A stretch of 64,000 nucleotides of DNA from a bacterium (GTDB lineage: Bacteria; Fidelibacterota; Fidelibacteria; Fidelibacterales; Fidelibacteraceae): NCBI GenBank assembly GCA_963676395.1, contig OY781066.1:2176001-2240000 (forward strand). Direction: 5' to 3'. The translations under genes were made by a program, and so were the position numbers. The notes under the pieces were generated by a model. It was not told the origin of the DNA, did no database searches, and saw only the letters and a program-made list of their open reading frames with translations. Below, piece after piece: positions 41,727 to 50,790 of the stretch (position 1 is its first letter; the number at the start of each line of letters is the position of its first letter).

Positions 41727-41865
41727 ACTGTGAGTGGTAAACTGTAAGTAGACGTGAATAGTGAAAGGTTTAATTACCGTTTATTCTTTTCTTAAAGAAA
41801 TTGATCAAGCCTGATAATAATCTTTTAAATTGAATACAATCACTGTTTACTACTTACTGTTCACC
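41722..41865 (-). mobile_element. Decayed heptamer-bounded four-helix-bundle cassette
   Basis: Heptamer arrays at 41722-41767 and, inverted, at 41838-41865 enclose a gene remnant. Confidence 0.6.
41770..41839 (-). pseudogene. 3' remnant of a four-helix-bundle protein gene
   Basis: Minus strand reads LYSI, one extra nt, then KRLLSGLINFFKKRINGN*, versus LYSVKKLLSGLINYIKRRIEKK* in 44076..44438. Confidence 0.75.
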
Positions 41866-43776
41866 GGAAAGAATTTCCTGCAATTCCAACCAGCGTAATT
41901 CGGCCTCTTCCAATTCATTTGAAACCCGTTCGTGCTCGCGTGAAAGGCTACCCATTTCTTCAAGAGATTTATTCTTAAAATCAGGTGAAATGAACATTGT
42001 ATCCAACTCTTTTTTGCGGGCTGAGTTTTTTTCGATAATCGTGTCAAGTTTCGCGATTTCTTCTCGCAGTCCTTTTTGCGCTTTGTAGCGTTGTTGACGC
42101 TCTTGGGCCTCACGTCGCTTTTGGGCTTTGCGATCGAGTTGGTGAATGACCTTTTCTTCTGTTGTTTCGGGTAATTCATCAACTTTAAGGAATTTATCTT
42201 CGTATTCGGAATAGTTTCCCAGGAATTCTTTGGCATGTTTGTCTTTGAAATGGATGACTTTTGTGACCAGCATATCTAAAAAGAATCTATCGTGAGAAAC
42301 AATAAGTACCGAGCCTTCAAAATCATCCAGTGCTGAGGCCAGGATCTCCTTGCTTTGCATATCAAGGTGGTTGGTAGGTTCATCGAGAATGAGAAAATTT
42401 GCTTTGGATAACAATAGCTTGATAAGTGCCATTCGACTTTTTTCACCACCGCTTAGGACGCCGACGGGTTTATCGACATCATCACCTGAGAATAAAAATC
42501 GACCCAGGAGCGATCTGACCTCATTCTTGGGCATAAAAGGGGCAGAGTTCCAAATTTCATCAAGAACGGTATTGCTGGCATTTAGCTGCTCCAAATGGTG
42601 CTGAGCAAAGTAACCGATTTGCAGGTTATAACCGAGAGCCAGTTTACCTTCATTTCCCTTTAGATCGCCGGTGATAAGCTTCATTAAGGTCGATTTTCCC
42701 ACGCCGTTGGGACCGACCAAAGCGGCCTTCTCGCCACGGCGAAGTTCAAAATTGGAGTCTGTGAATATGGGATCCACTTCATATGCAAAACCCAGCTGAT
42801 GTGCCGCGACTACCGGGTCACCGGAGCGTTCCGGTTTATTGAAAGTAAGTTTCATGGTTGCACTTGAGCCGGTATTGACTTCTTTGACTTTGATTTTAGA
42901 TAATTGTTTAACACGACTTTGGACTTGTTTGGCTTTTGAAGCCTTGTATCGAAAGCGCTCAACAAATTGTTCCATATGGGCAACTTTGCGTTGCTGATTG
43001 CGCATTACGGCTATGTCATGCTCTATACGAGATTCCTTTTGAACCTCGTAGTCGGTGTAATTTCCCGAGTAGAGAATAACTTTTCCGTTATCGACTTCAA
43101 TGACGGAGTTAATGATCTTATCTAAAAAGTATCTATCATGCGAAACCATGATCAATGTACCCTTATATGTCGAAAGAAGGTTTTCCAACCAAACCAAAGT
43201 TTCCATATCTAAATGGTTTGTGGGTTCATCAAGCATGAGACAATCGGGTTCCTGTAACAATATTTTTGCTAAAGCAATACGCATATGCCAACCACCGGAA
43301 AATTCGGAGACAGGTCGTTGAAAATCATTTTCTTTGAAACCCAAACCTGTAAGGATCTCTTTAGCTCGTGACTCCGTGGCATATCCGTTCATTTGATGAA
43401 AGCGTTCTTGCAATTGATCATACGCTTGGAGTAACTCAGGTGTACTGTCTTCGGAGATACGGTTTTCGAGAGATCGCATTTCTTTTTCAAGCTTATAAAT
43501 ATGCTCAAAAACAGTCAGAACTTCTTCTAACAGTCTGGTACCTGTATCTTCATATTTAATTTCCTGCTGCAAGTAGGCCACTTTGGTGTCTTTCGGAACA
43601 ACAACTTGACCTTCGTTTGCTTCGCTTAATCCGGCAATAATCTTTAATAAGGTGGATTTTCCCGATCCGTTTTGTCCCACTAAGCCAAAATGCTTGCCCG
43701 GTGGCAGGGACAAGGAGCAACGATCCAAAACCGTTTGAGTCCCAAAATTTACAGAAATGTCGATTAATTGTATCAT
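41854..43776 (-). CDS. ABC-F family ATPase
   Basis: Two NBDs (GQNGSGKS/FSGGW/LDEPTNHLD and GPNGVGKS/LSGGE), inter-ABC linker, C-terminal coiled coil, no TM segments. Confidence 0.92.
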   Translation of the reverse strand: MIQLIDISVNFGTQTVLDRCSLSLPPGKHFGLVGQNGSGKSTLLKIIAGLSEANEGQVVVPKDTKVAYLQQEIKYEDTGTRLLEEVLTVFEHIYKLEKEMRSLENRISEDSTPELLQAYDQLQERFHQMNGYATESRAKEILTGLGFKENDFQRPVSEFSGGWHMRIALAKILLQEPDCLMLDEPTNHLDMETLVWLENLLSTYKGTLIMVSHDRYFLDKIINSVIEVDNGKVILYSGNYTDYEVQKESRIEHDIAVMRNQQRKVAHMEQFVERFRYKASKAKQVQSRVKQLSKIKVKEVNTGSSATMKLTFNKPERSGDPVVAAHQLGFAYEVDPIFTDSNFELRRGEKAALVGPNGVGKSTLMKLITGDLKGNEGKLALGYNLQIGYFAQHHLEQLNASNTVLDEIWNSAPFMPKNEVRSLLGRFLFSGDDVDKPVGVLSGGEKSRMALIKLLLSKANFLILDEPTNHLDMQSKEILASALDDFEGSVLIVSHDRFFLDMLVTKVIHFKDKHAKEFLGNYSEYEDKFLKVDELPETTEEKVIHQLDRKAQKRREAQERQQRYKAQKGLREEIAKLDTIIEKNSARKKELDTMFISPDFKNKSLEEMGSLSREHERVSNELEEAELRWLELQEILSGEQ

Positions 43777-43827
43777 GCGCGGAATTTAAAGTTAAAGGGA
43801 AAAAGGGAAAAGGAAAAAGTGTAATAA

Positions 43828-43946
43828 AGTGAATAGTAAGTAGTGAACAGTGAGTAGTAAATAGTGAGTAGTAAATAGTGAGTGGTAAATAGTGAGTGGT
43901 AAATAGTGAGTGGTAAACGGTGAGTGGTAAACGGTGAGTGGTGAAC
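43828..43946 (+). repeat. Tandem heptamer array, 17 phased units of RGTRARY
   Basis: agtgaat agtaagt agtgaac agtgagt agtaaat agtgagt agtaaat agtgagt ggtaaat ... ggtgagt ggtgaac. Confidence 0.95.
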
Positions 43947-43980
43947 GGTTGTGAATAGTTTGTGTTTTCTACTTTAATAT

Positions 43981-43996
43981 TGTGATCTGCGTCACA
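43981..43996. promoter_or_regulatory. CRP/FNR-family-like binding site
   Basis: TGTGA-tctgcg-TCACA, an exact TGTGA-N6-TCACA, upstream of a TTTACG-N17-TAAATT promoter candidate at 44022-44050. Confidence 0.5.
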
Positions 43997-44075
43997 TATT
44001 TAAGTGTATAAATAATAATACTTTACGGTTTTAGGATAGTCCACTAAATTTGAGTGTTAAAATAGGGGACGAAAT

Positions 44076-44438
44076 ATGAAAACTCACCACGATCTTGATG
44101 TTTGGAAAGATTCTTTGGATTTGTGTGAATCCATATATCTTGAGACAGAAAATTTTCCTAAAAAGGAGAATAATGGGCTTGTGTCCCAAATGAGAAGAGC
44201 AGCAGTATCAGTTTCATCAAATATTGCTGAAGGGGCTGCCAGGTCAAGCGATAAAGACTTTTTACGTTTTCTGCATTATTCAATGGGTTCAGTTTCAGAA
44301 TTGGAAACTCACATAATTTTAGCAACTCGCATGAAATTTGTACAAGATAATCAACTTCTTTTAACTGAATTGTATTCGGTAAAGAAATTATTATCCGGCT
44401 TAATCAATTATATCAAAAGACGGATAGAGAAGAAGTAA
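44076..44438 (+). CDS. Four helix bundle protein (23S rRNA IVP / Avd-like family)
   Basis: HHDLDVWK..IY..T..FPKKE..GLVSQMRRAAVSVSSNIAEG.AR..F.RFL..SMGSVSELET. Confidence 0.92.
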   Translation: MKTHHDLDVWKDSLDLCESIYLETENFPKKENNGLVSQMRRAAVSVSSNIAEGAARSSDKDFLRFLHYSMGSVSELETHIILATRMKFVQDNQLLLTELYSVKKLLSGLINYIKRRIEKK

Positions 44439-44528
44439 ACAGTAAACAGTAAACAGTGAGCAGTAAACGGTGAACAGTAAACGGATGTGAGTAGTCTACT
44501 TACGACTGTTCACTATTTACTGTTCACT
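44434..44528. repeat. Downstream heptamer array (7 direct units) followed by inverted units
   Basis: agtaaac x3, agtgagc, agtaaac, ggtgaac, agtaaac, then gttcact atttact gttcact at 44508-44528. Confidence 0.9.
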
Positions 44529-44537
44529 GAATTTGTT

Positions 44538-46910
44538 TTATTTTTCAAGTGCTAATTCAAGTACATCCATCATATCCGATACGAAATGAAATTCAAGATC
44601 TTCACGAATTTCTTCGGGAATGTCATCGAGGTCTTTTTCGTTTCGTTTAGGCAGGAGGATGGTTTTTAGTCCTGCACGATGTGCGGCAATGACTTTTTCT
44701 TTGATTCCGCCAACGGGAAGAACCGAACCACGCAGTGTGATCTCGCCGGTCATGGCAAGGTCATTTTTGATCTTACGATCGGTTAGTACCGAGACGACAG
44801 AAGAAAGCAATGTTACACCTGCAGAGGGACCGTCTTTGGGAATGGCACCGGCAGGAATATGGATATGTAGATCCCATTCTTTATCGTAGCGTTCTTTTAC
44901 ACCTAGTTGCGGAGCATTGGAACGAATGAATGAAAGGGCGGCTTGTGCTGATTCTTTCATGACGTCACCAAGCTGTCCGGTAAGTTGTAATTTCCCTTCG
45001 CCGGGCATTTTAGTGCTTTCGATAAAGAGAATGTCTCCACCGACTTGCGTCCATGCCAAACCAATGGCAATTCCGGGTTGTTTCATGCGTTCAGCCTGAT
45101 CGTTGTAGAATTTCTGTTTACCCAGGTATTTTTCAACGGCTTTTTCATGAATGGTCTTTTTACGGAAACGAGCGCTTTCGACTTTTTCTTTCGCGACTTT
45201 TCTTGCCACATGTCCAATCTCTCTATCGAGAGAACGCACACCGGCTTCACGTGTATAGTTTTGAATGATGGTGCGAACACCTTCTTCGTTGAACTCAATA
45301 TCCTTCTTGCTAAGACCATGTTCTTTAACTTGCTTGGGGATGAGGAATTTCTTGGCAATGTGAGTTTTTTCGGGCAGCGTGTAACCTGAGAAATTGATGA
45401 GTTCCATACGATCTCTCAAAGGACCGGGGATCGTTTCGGGCCAGTTGGCCGTGGCAATGAACATGACATTGCTGAGATCGAAAGATGTTTCCAAATAATG
45501 ATCGGAGAACGAATAGTTCTGTTCCGGATCAAGGACTTCCAGCAGAGCACTGGAGGGATCGCCTTTGTAATCTGCGCCCAATTTATCGATCTCATCTAAA
45601 ATAAAGATCGGATTGTTTGAGCCGGATTTCTTAATGCCTTGGATAATTCTACCGGGCATTGCACCGATATAGGTTCTACGGTGACCGCGGATCTCAGCTT
45701 CATCGCGTACACCACCTAAAGACATGCGATGTACATTTCGACCCATGGCTCGGGCAATGGATTTTGCCACCGAGGTTTTTCCTGTTCCCGGAGGGCCTAC
45801 AAAGCAAAGAATTGGACCTTTAACCACAGAATCCGGATCGGTCTCGAGCTTTAGCTTTCGCACGGCGAGATATTCAAGAATACGCAATTTGATCTTGTCA
45901 AGACCATAATGATCTTCGTTTAGTATCTTCTCGGCATTTTTAAGGTCGATCTCATCTTCGGTGGATGTTGACCAGGGAAGCTCGGAAATAAGCTCAAGGT
46001 AGGAGAGAGAGACGTTATATTCGGGTGATTGCTTGGATACGCGTTGCAGTCTTTCAATTTCCGCATCGGCCGCTTTCTTGGCATCTTCGGGCAGATCCAC
46101 TTCATCGAGTTTCTTTTTGATCTCTTTTACTCGGGCATCTTCGTCATCCCCCAATTCTTTACGAATGGCTTTCATTTGCTCACGAAGATAGTATTCACGC
46201 TGATTTTTGCTGATGTTTTCTTTAACATCCAACTGGATCTTTTCACCGATTTTAGCTTTCTCGAATTCATCATGCAAGATGGCCGCGGTTTCTGCCAGTC
46301 GTTTGTTAATATCGAATTGTTCCAGAATATGTTGTTTTTCATCGACTGAGATGTTCAGCATGGAACAGATCACATCGGCGAGATTACCATCTCCGACAGC
46401 GTTCATCATCATGGTAATGTTATCTTTTGAAAGATAATCACTGATGTCTACAAATTCACGGAATTGTTCTTTTAGTCGCTCGCGAATGGCTACACTCTCA
46501 ATACTATCGTCCTGAGATTCTTGCAAACGCTGAACGATACCGTGATAATAGGGTTCTGTTTTAGTCAGTGCATGGATCTCAACACGATCAAGTCCCTGCA
46601 CGATCACTGAGCGGCTTTTATCGGGCATGGTAAAGACTTTGACGATCTTAGCCAATGTACCATATCGATAAAGATCATCTTCTTTGGGGTGTTCAACTGC
46701 GACTTCCTTTTGCGCGACCACCACAAAGATCTGGTCTTCTTTCATAATATCGTTTAATAATCGTAGTGAATGCACACGTCCTACATAAAGTGGAATAATT
46801 TGCTGTGGAAAGAGAACGGTATTACGCAAAGGCATAATGGGAATCTCTTTTGGAGCATTGTATTCGTCGAGTAGTTTAAGGTCAAATTCTATGGGTTCGA
46901 ATTTATTCAT
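44538..46910 (-). CDS. lon: Lon ATP-dependent protease
   Basis: PLRNTVLFP, GPPGTGKTS, DEIDK, PKDGPSAG, GGIKEK. Confidence 0.97.
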   Translation of the reverse strand: MNKFEPIEFDLKLLDEYNAPKEIPIMPLRNTVLFPQQIIPLYVGRVHSLRLLNDIMKEDQIFVVVAQKEVAVEHPKEDDLYRYGTLAKIVKVFTMPDKSRSVIVQGLDRVEIHALTKTEPYYHGIVQRLQESQDDSIESVAIRERLKEQFREFVDISDYLSKDNITMMMNAVGDGNLADVICSMLNISVDEKQHILEQFDINKRLAETAAILHDEFEKAKIGEKIQLDVKENISKNQREYYLREQMKAIRKELGDDEDARVKEIKKKLDEVDLPEDAKKAADAEIERLQRVSKQSPEYNVSLSYLELISELPWSTSTEDEIDLKNAEKILNEDHYGLDKIKLRILEYLAVRKLKLETDPDSVVKGPILCFVGPPGTGKTSVAKSIARAMGRNVHRMSLGGVRDEAEIRGHRRTYIGAMPGRIIQGIKKSGSNNPIFILDEIDKLGADYKGDPSSALLEVLDPEQNYSFSDHYLETSFDLSNVMFIATANWPETIPGPLRDRMELINFSGYTLPEKTHIAKKFLIPKQVKEHGLSKKDIEFNEEGVRTIIQNYTREAGVRSLDREIGHVARKVAKEKVESARFRKKTIHEKAVEKYLGKQKFYNDQAERMKQPGIAIGLAWTQVGGDILFIESTKMPGEGKLQLTGQLGDVMKESAQAALSFIRSNAPQLGVKERYDKEWDLHIHIPAGAIPKDGPSAGVTLLSSVVSVLTDRKIKNDLAMTGEITLRGSVLPVGGIKEKVIAAHRAGLKTILLPKRNEKDLDDIPEEIREDLEFHFVSDMMDVLELALEK

Positions 46911-46941
46911 ATATTTTCCTTTTGTTTCATTTCAATTCGGA

Positions 46942-47015
46942 GTAGAGACGCAATGTTTGCGTCTCTAAACTGTTCAATCATATCTTGTCAAGGAGACGCA
47001 GGCAATGCGTCTCTA
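46942..47015. repeat. Pair of GTAG-type REP-like palindromes
   Basis: gtagagacgcaatgtttgcgtctcta and ggagacgcaggcaatgcgtctcta. Confidence 0.75.
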
Positions 47016-47147
47016 GCATGCGTAATAAAAGACATTTATTCATGGAACCCCGAAGCGTCGGGGCGACCGTTCCTTACATGATGTAAAGTCTTATTCCGTC
47101 GTCCTGAAACGCTGGCTTTGGCCGGCGGGGTTCAGGATCTCTTTTTG

Positions 47148-47306
47148 TGTCATCCCGAGCGTAGTCGAGGGATCTCAAATGATAGTGCTTATTACTTGCA
47201 AAGAGTGTATATATTGCAAGAAAATCACTATCATTGCGACATTTAAAAAGAGTAACATGGATATATACTCTAAGTTTTGGATTTCTCCACTGCGGTCGAA
47301 ATGACA
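47148..47306. mobile_element. TGTCAT...ATGACA MITE-like element, copy 1
   Basis: Imperfect terminal inverted repeats of about 28 bp; interior shared with 48503-48677. Confidence 0.7.
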
Positions 47307-47359
47307 GCTTAATCTTTTTATATCAAATAACTTTCTTACTAACTACTAATTACTTATAG

Positions 47360-48430
47360 TCACTCGTCACTTTCTTCTTCTTCAGGCTCCGGTTTGGGAT
47401 ATGCCTCCGGATCTAAAATAAATCCCGGTTTCTTGGCATTTGTACGACCATCCTGTTTGATCTTGAAGCTTTTAATGGTCGCTGAACCTTGCTGAGGCAT
47501 AATATAAAACAATCTTAGGATACGCACAACCCTCATAGTCACGCGCTCATCAGATTTCTTGTTATAAATATCATATGTTTGTCCGGGCCAATGTCCACTT
47601 TGCATTTGTTTAGAACGTAACCAGGCTAACATTTCTGCAATCCGAGGATCTTCTGCAGAAATATTTAAGCGGGCGCAGACTTCCAAAACACTCAATACGC
47701 CGCCTGCGAAAGAACCTTCGAGCATGCAATCGTTGCTAAGGACTTCCCAAGCGATCTTACCTTCAATGATACCACCTGTATTTTCTACAAAAAGGTGAGA
47801 TAGAACAAACTCAACACCCTTTCGGACTTTGGTATTTTTCATGTATTTGATGCAATAGGAAAACGCGTGCAGGACCTTAACGGTGAGCCAGACATCTGAG
47901 TGCCCGTCTTTTGTAGTTCCCCAACCTTTGTCATCATTTTGTTGTTTAAGTAACCATTTAAGGTTTTTTTCTACAAAAGGATTGTTTATGACTCCAAATT
48001 CAAGCAAGGTTTCAATGATAAAAGCATTCCCCGCCAAGGAGACGGGAAAAGAACCATCTTCTTGCTGAAACTTAATAATGAGCACCAAGGCACGTTCGAC
48101 TGACGTCATTTTGCGATTACAGTTATAAAAACGCAATTCTTTCACGATGGAAGCGATCTTTAGCAGCATTTCTTCCTCGCGGCCTTCTTCGAATTTATCG
48201 ATATTGTTCAAAATTCGTTCTAAGGTAAGCAAGAGGTTGATGCGGCGTTGAGCGGTTTTGACCTCCTGTTCGGTTTTAAGCAATGCCTCGTCATCATGAT
48301 CGAATAATAAAAAATTCTTATACAGATCGTAGCGAATTGGAGCATGATAGCCGTGATACAGAACGGTAATTGGGTCGTATGGTAGCTCATTTCTAAACCA
48401 CTTGACAAGTTTTGGATTTTTGTGAAACAT
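47360..48430 (-). CDS. Hypothetical protein with prenyltransferase/squalene-cyclase-like QW repeats
   Basis: QQEDGSF, WLLKQQNDDKGWG, WLRSKQMQSGHW. Confidence 0.65.
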   Translation of the reverse strand: MFHKNPKLVKWFRNELPYDPITVLYHGYHAPIRYDLYKNFLLFDHDDEALLKTEQEVKTAQRRINLLLTLERILNNIDKFEEGREEEMLLKIASIVKELRFYNCNRKMTSVERALVLIIKFQQEDGSFPVSLAGNAFIIETLLEFGVINNPFVEKNLKWLLKQQNDDKGWGTTKDGHSDVWLTVKVLHAFSYCIKYMKNTKVRKGVEFVLSHLFVENTGGIIEGKIAWEVLSNDCMLEGSFAGGVLSVLEVCARLNISAEDPRIAEMLAWLRSKQMQSGHWPGQTYDIYNKKSDERVTMRVVRILRLFYIMPQQGSATIKSFKIKQDGRTNAKKPGFILDPEAYPKPEPEEEESDE

Positions 48431-48463
48431 TTATATTCCTGTTTTATTGTTGTTTTTCATGGA

Positions 48464-48490
48464 GTAGAGATGCAGGCACTGCGTTTCTAC
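48464..48490. repeat. GTAG-type REP-like palindrome
   Basis: gtagagatgcaggcactgcgtttctac. Confidence 0.7.
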
Positions 48491-48502
48491 TATTTCCTGC
48501 TT

Positions 48503-48677
48503 TGTCATCCCGAGTGTGGTCGAGGGAGCTCAAACGATATTGTATGTTAGATGCAAAGTGCGCTTATGTTGCAAGAAAATCACTATCGTTGCGACATTTA
48601 AGATGAGTAACATGGATGTTTACTCTTTGTTTGAGATTTCTCCGCTTCGTTCGTACCTCACTTCGGTCGAAATGACA
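48503..48677. mobile_element. TGTCAT...ATGACA MITE-like element, copy 2
   Basis: tgtcatcccgagtgtggtcgaggga ... cggtcgaaatgaca; same core as copy 1. Confidence 0.7.
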
Positions 48678-48680
48678 GCT

Positions 48681-49910
48681 TTATTTTCGTTTTCGTAAAA
48701 CCTTACCTTCCGCCATAACCATTTTCGGGAAAGCGCCCAAATGTAAAGGATCTTTATCCCAGACTACCAATGAGGCCCATTTGCCTTTCTCGATGGTACC
48801 GAGATATTCATCAATGCCAAGAATGCCGGCAGGTTTCCGTGTAATTAAAGAAATCGCATCGACGTCACTCATTCCGTGGATCATAAAATATTTCAATGTA
48901 TCGCGTAAGGAGGTCGATAAAATCACAGGGTGATCTGAGATCAATGCATAATCGGCATTGGAGTCCATAAGTAGCTTAACATTTTGGTAATAACTGTGTT
49001 TTAGCTCGACTTTATAGCCCAATGATGCCAAGGGGCCGTACATAATGGGGATGCCCGCTTTTGCCAGTTCATTGAAAATGCTTTTATGCCAAACATCCGC
49101 AGTGTGCTCAGCCGTAACCTTTAGTCCGTATTTTTCTTTTAATTTGATCAAATACAGCACATCATCTTCTTTATGCACATGCACTTTAGCGGTTTTTTCA
49201 CCGCTGAGCAGTTTGATGTAATCGTTATCTTCGGTAGAAAATTTAAAATTATAATCAACCGTGATATCTGTGATCATCTGGTTGAATTCGTCTTTAGATA
49301 TCTCAGCTTTAGCCAGTTTATTTTCTGCTGCGCGAATGGCTTTATCTTTCTCATGATCGGCTTTATGTTTTTTTAATAAAACTTCGTCAAATTTTCTTTC
49401 AAGAATGCCGTAAACGCCCATGCGAGTATCGGGACGGTGACCTTTCCAATCTGCCGTTGAGCGAGGGTTATATCCCAAGGCCATTTTATAACCGTAGTCC
49501 AGGACTTCCACATCCTTGCGATTTTCGGCAAAGTTACGGATCACTTTAGCCTTACCGCCAACTAAGTTGCCGGATCCCGGCACGATACAAGAATAAAGAT
49601 GACCAAAATCCACTGCATCCTGAAAAGCACGATCATCCAGATAGATACTGTCAATAGGATCGTTTGAAATTAAAAATTGAGAGATCTTATCGTTGGTTTC
49701 CCCTTCTTGATAGGGTTCACCTTCGCGATCCATGCCGATATGGCTGTGCCCGTCGATAAACGCCGGTGTTACGATGCCCTCGTAGTGGGCTTTATCTTGC
49801 TTGTCGGTGATATCGATGATTTGATTACCTTCAATGACGATGGCTTTGTTTTTAAGCTTTTTTTTACCGTCGTATAATTCGCTTGCGTTAATTATAATTT
49901 TTTTTGGCAT
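48681..49910 (-). CDS. Amidohydrolase family protein
   Basis: PAFIDGHSH, VHVH, EH, ISDHP, GTIEKGKWASLVVW. Confidence 0.88.
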   Translation of the reverse strand: MPKKIIINASELYDGKKKLKNKAIVIEGNQIIDITDKQDKAHYEGIVTPAFIDGHSHIGMDREGEPYQEGETNDKISQFLISNDPIDSIYLDDRAFQDAVDFGHLYSCIVPGSGNLVGGKAKVIRNFAENRKDVEVLDYGYKMALGYNPRSTADWKGHRPDTRMGVYGILERKFDEVLLKKHKADHEKDKAIRAAENKLAKAEISKDEFNQMITDITVDYNFKFSTEDNDYIKLLSGEKTAKVHVHKEDDVLYLIKLKEKYGLKVTAEHTADVWHKSIFNELAKAGIPIMYGPLASLGYKVELKHSYYQNVKLLMDSNADYALISDHPVILSTSLRDTLKYFMIHGMSDVDAISLITRKPAGILGIDEYLGTIEKGKWASLVVWDKDPLHLGAFPKMVMAEGKVLRKRK

Positions 49911-49931
49911 ATTGGTCCTTTATTATTATGA

Positions 49932-50054
49932 TGTCATCTTGACCGAAGCTTAGCGGAGTGGAGCGACCTCAAATTACTTAACTTAAGTTTCGCGTTTGGG
50001 ATTTATCCACTTCATTCCTTTGCCTGCGGCAGACTCATTACGGTCGAAATGACA
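49932..50054. mobile_element. TGTCAT...ATGACA MITE-like element, copy 3 (different interior)
   Basis: tgtcatcttgaccgaagc ... cggtcgaaatgaca. Confidence 0.6.
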
Positions 50055-50133
50055 ATTATCTCTTATCAAACGAGATGCGATAAATCGCATCTTTACAATC
50101 GCGCAGATTATATTTATCTGTGCAATCTGTGGT

Positions 50134-50790
50134 TTATTTTATTCTTTTCTTCATCTCTTTTATCGTTTTTACAGGATCATCGCTTTTAAACACTACGCTC
50201 CCTGCGACAAACACTTCCACCCCCAGCTTGGATACTTCCTCAATATTCCCAAGATGGATACCGCCATCGATTTGGATAAGGTAGGGGAGTTTGAGTTCTT
50301 GTTTTAGCGTTGCCAGTTCAATAGCTTTGTCGTTGGCGCTGTCGATATATGATTGCCCGCCAAAACCCGGTTCTACAGACATGATCAGCACATAATCGCA
50401 GAGCGGCAGGAATTTCTTGATCGCATCGACGGAAGTGTTGGGCTTGATAACCAATCCTGCTTTTACCCCGTGTTTGCGAATATGCTTGAGTGTTTTCTCG
50501 GGTGTCTCCGAGGCTTCAATGTGGAAGCTCAGCCAGTCCGCACCGGCCTCGATATACCAGTCGATGGTTTCATCCGGATTCGTGATCATTAAATGCACAT
50601 CTAAGGGTAAATTCGTGATCTTGCGTATTTTTGCGATCACAGGAGGTCCAAATGTCAAGTTTGGTACAAAATGGCCATCCATTATATCGCAGTGCACCCA
50701 ATCGGCACCTGCTTTTTCAAGCATGTGGATCTCGGACTCGATGTTCATGAAGTCAGAGGATAGGATAGAGGGAGCGATGAGTTTTTTCAT
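50134..50790 (-). CDS. rpe: Ribulose-phosphate 3-epimerase
   Basis: IAPSIL, HCDIMDGHFVPN, DVHLM, MSVEPGFGGQ, IDGG. Confidence 0.96.
   Translation of the reverse strand: MKKLIAPSILSSDFMNIESEIHMLEKAGADWVHCDIMDGHFVPNLTFGPPVIAKIRKITNLPLDVHLMITNPDETIDWYIEAGADWLSFHIEASETPEKTLKHIRKHGVKAGLVIKPNTSVDAIKKFLPLCDYVLIMSVEPGFGGQSYIDSANDKAIELATLKQELKLPYLIQIDGGIHLGNIEEVSKLGVEVFVAGSVVFKSDDPVKTIKEMKKRIK

Noticed and set aside
43828..43946. CRISPR or other guide-RNA array
   Set aside because: Contiguous 7-nt units with no unique spacers, and no cas genes in the window.
44076..44438. Diversity-generating retroelement (Avd-like gene)
   Set aside because: No reverse transcriptase and no TR/VR pair differing at adenines was seen.
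48412..48698. Short ORFs 48412..48606 and 48516..48698
   Set aside because: They lie across the REP and MITE-like copy 2, and the frame is not evidently conserved in copy 1.
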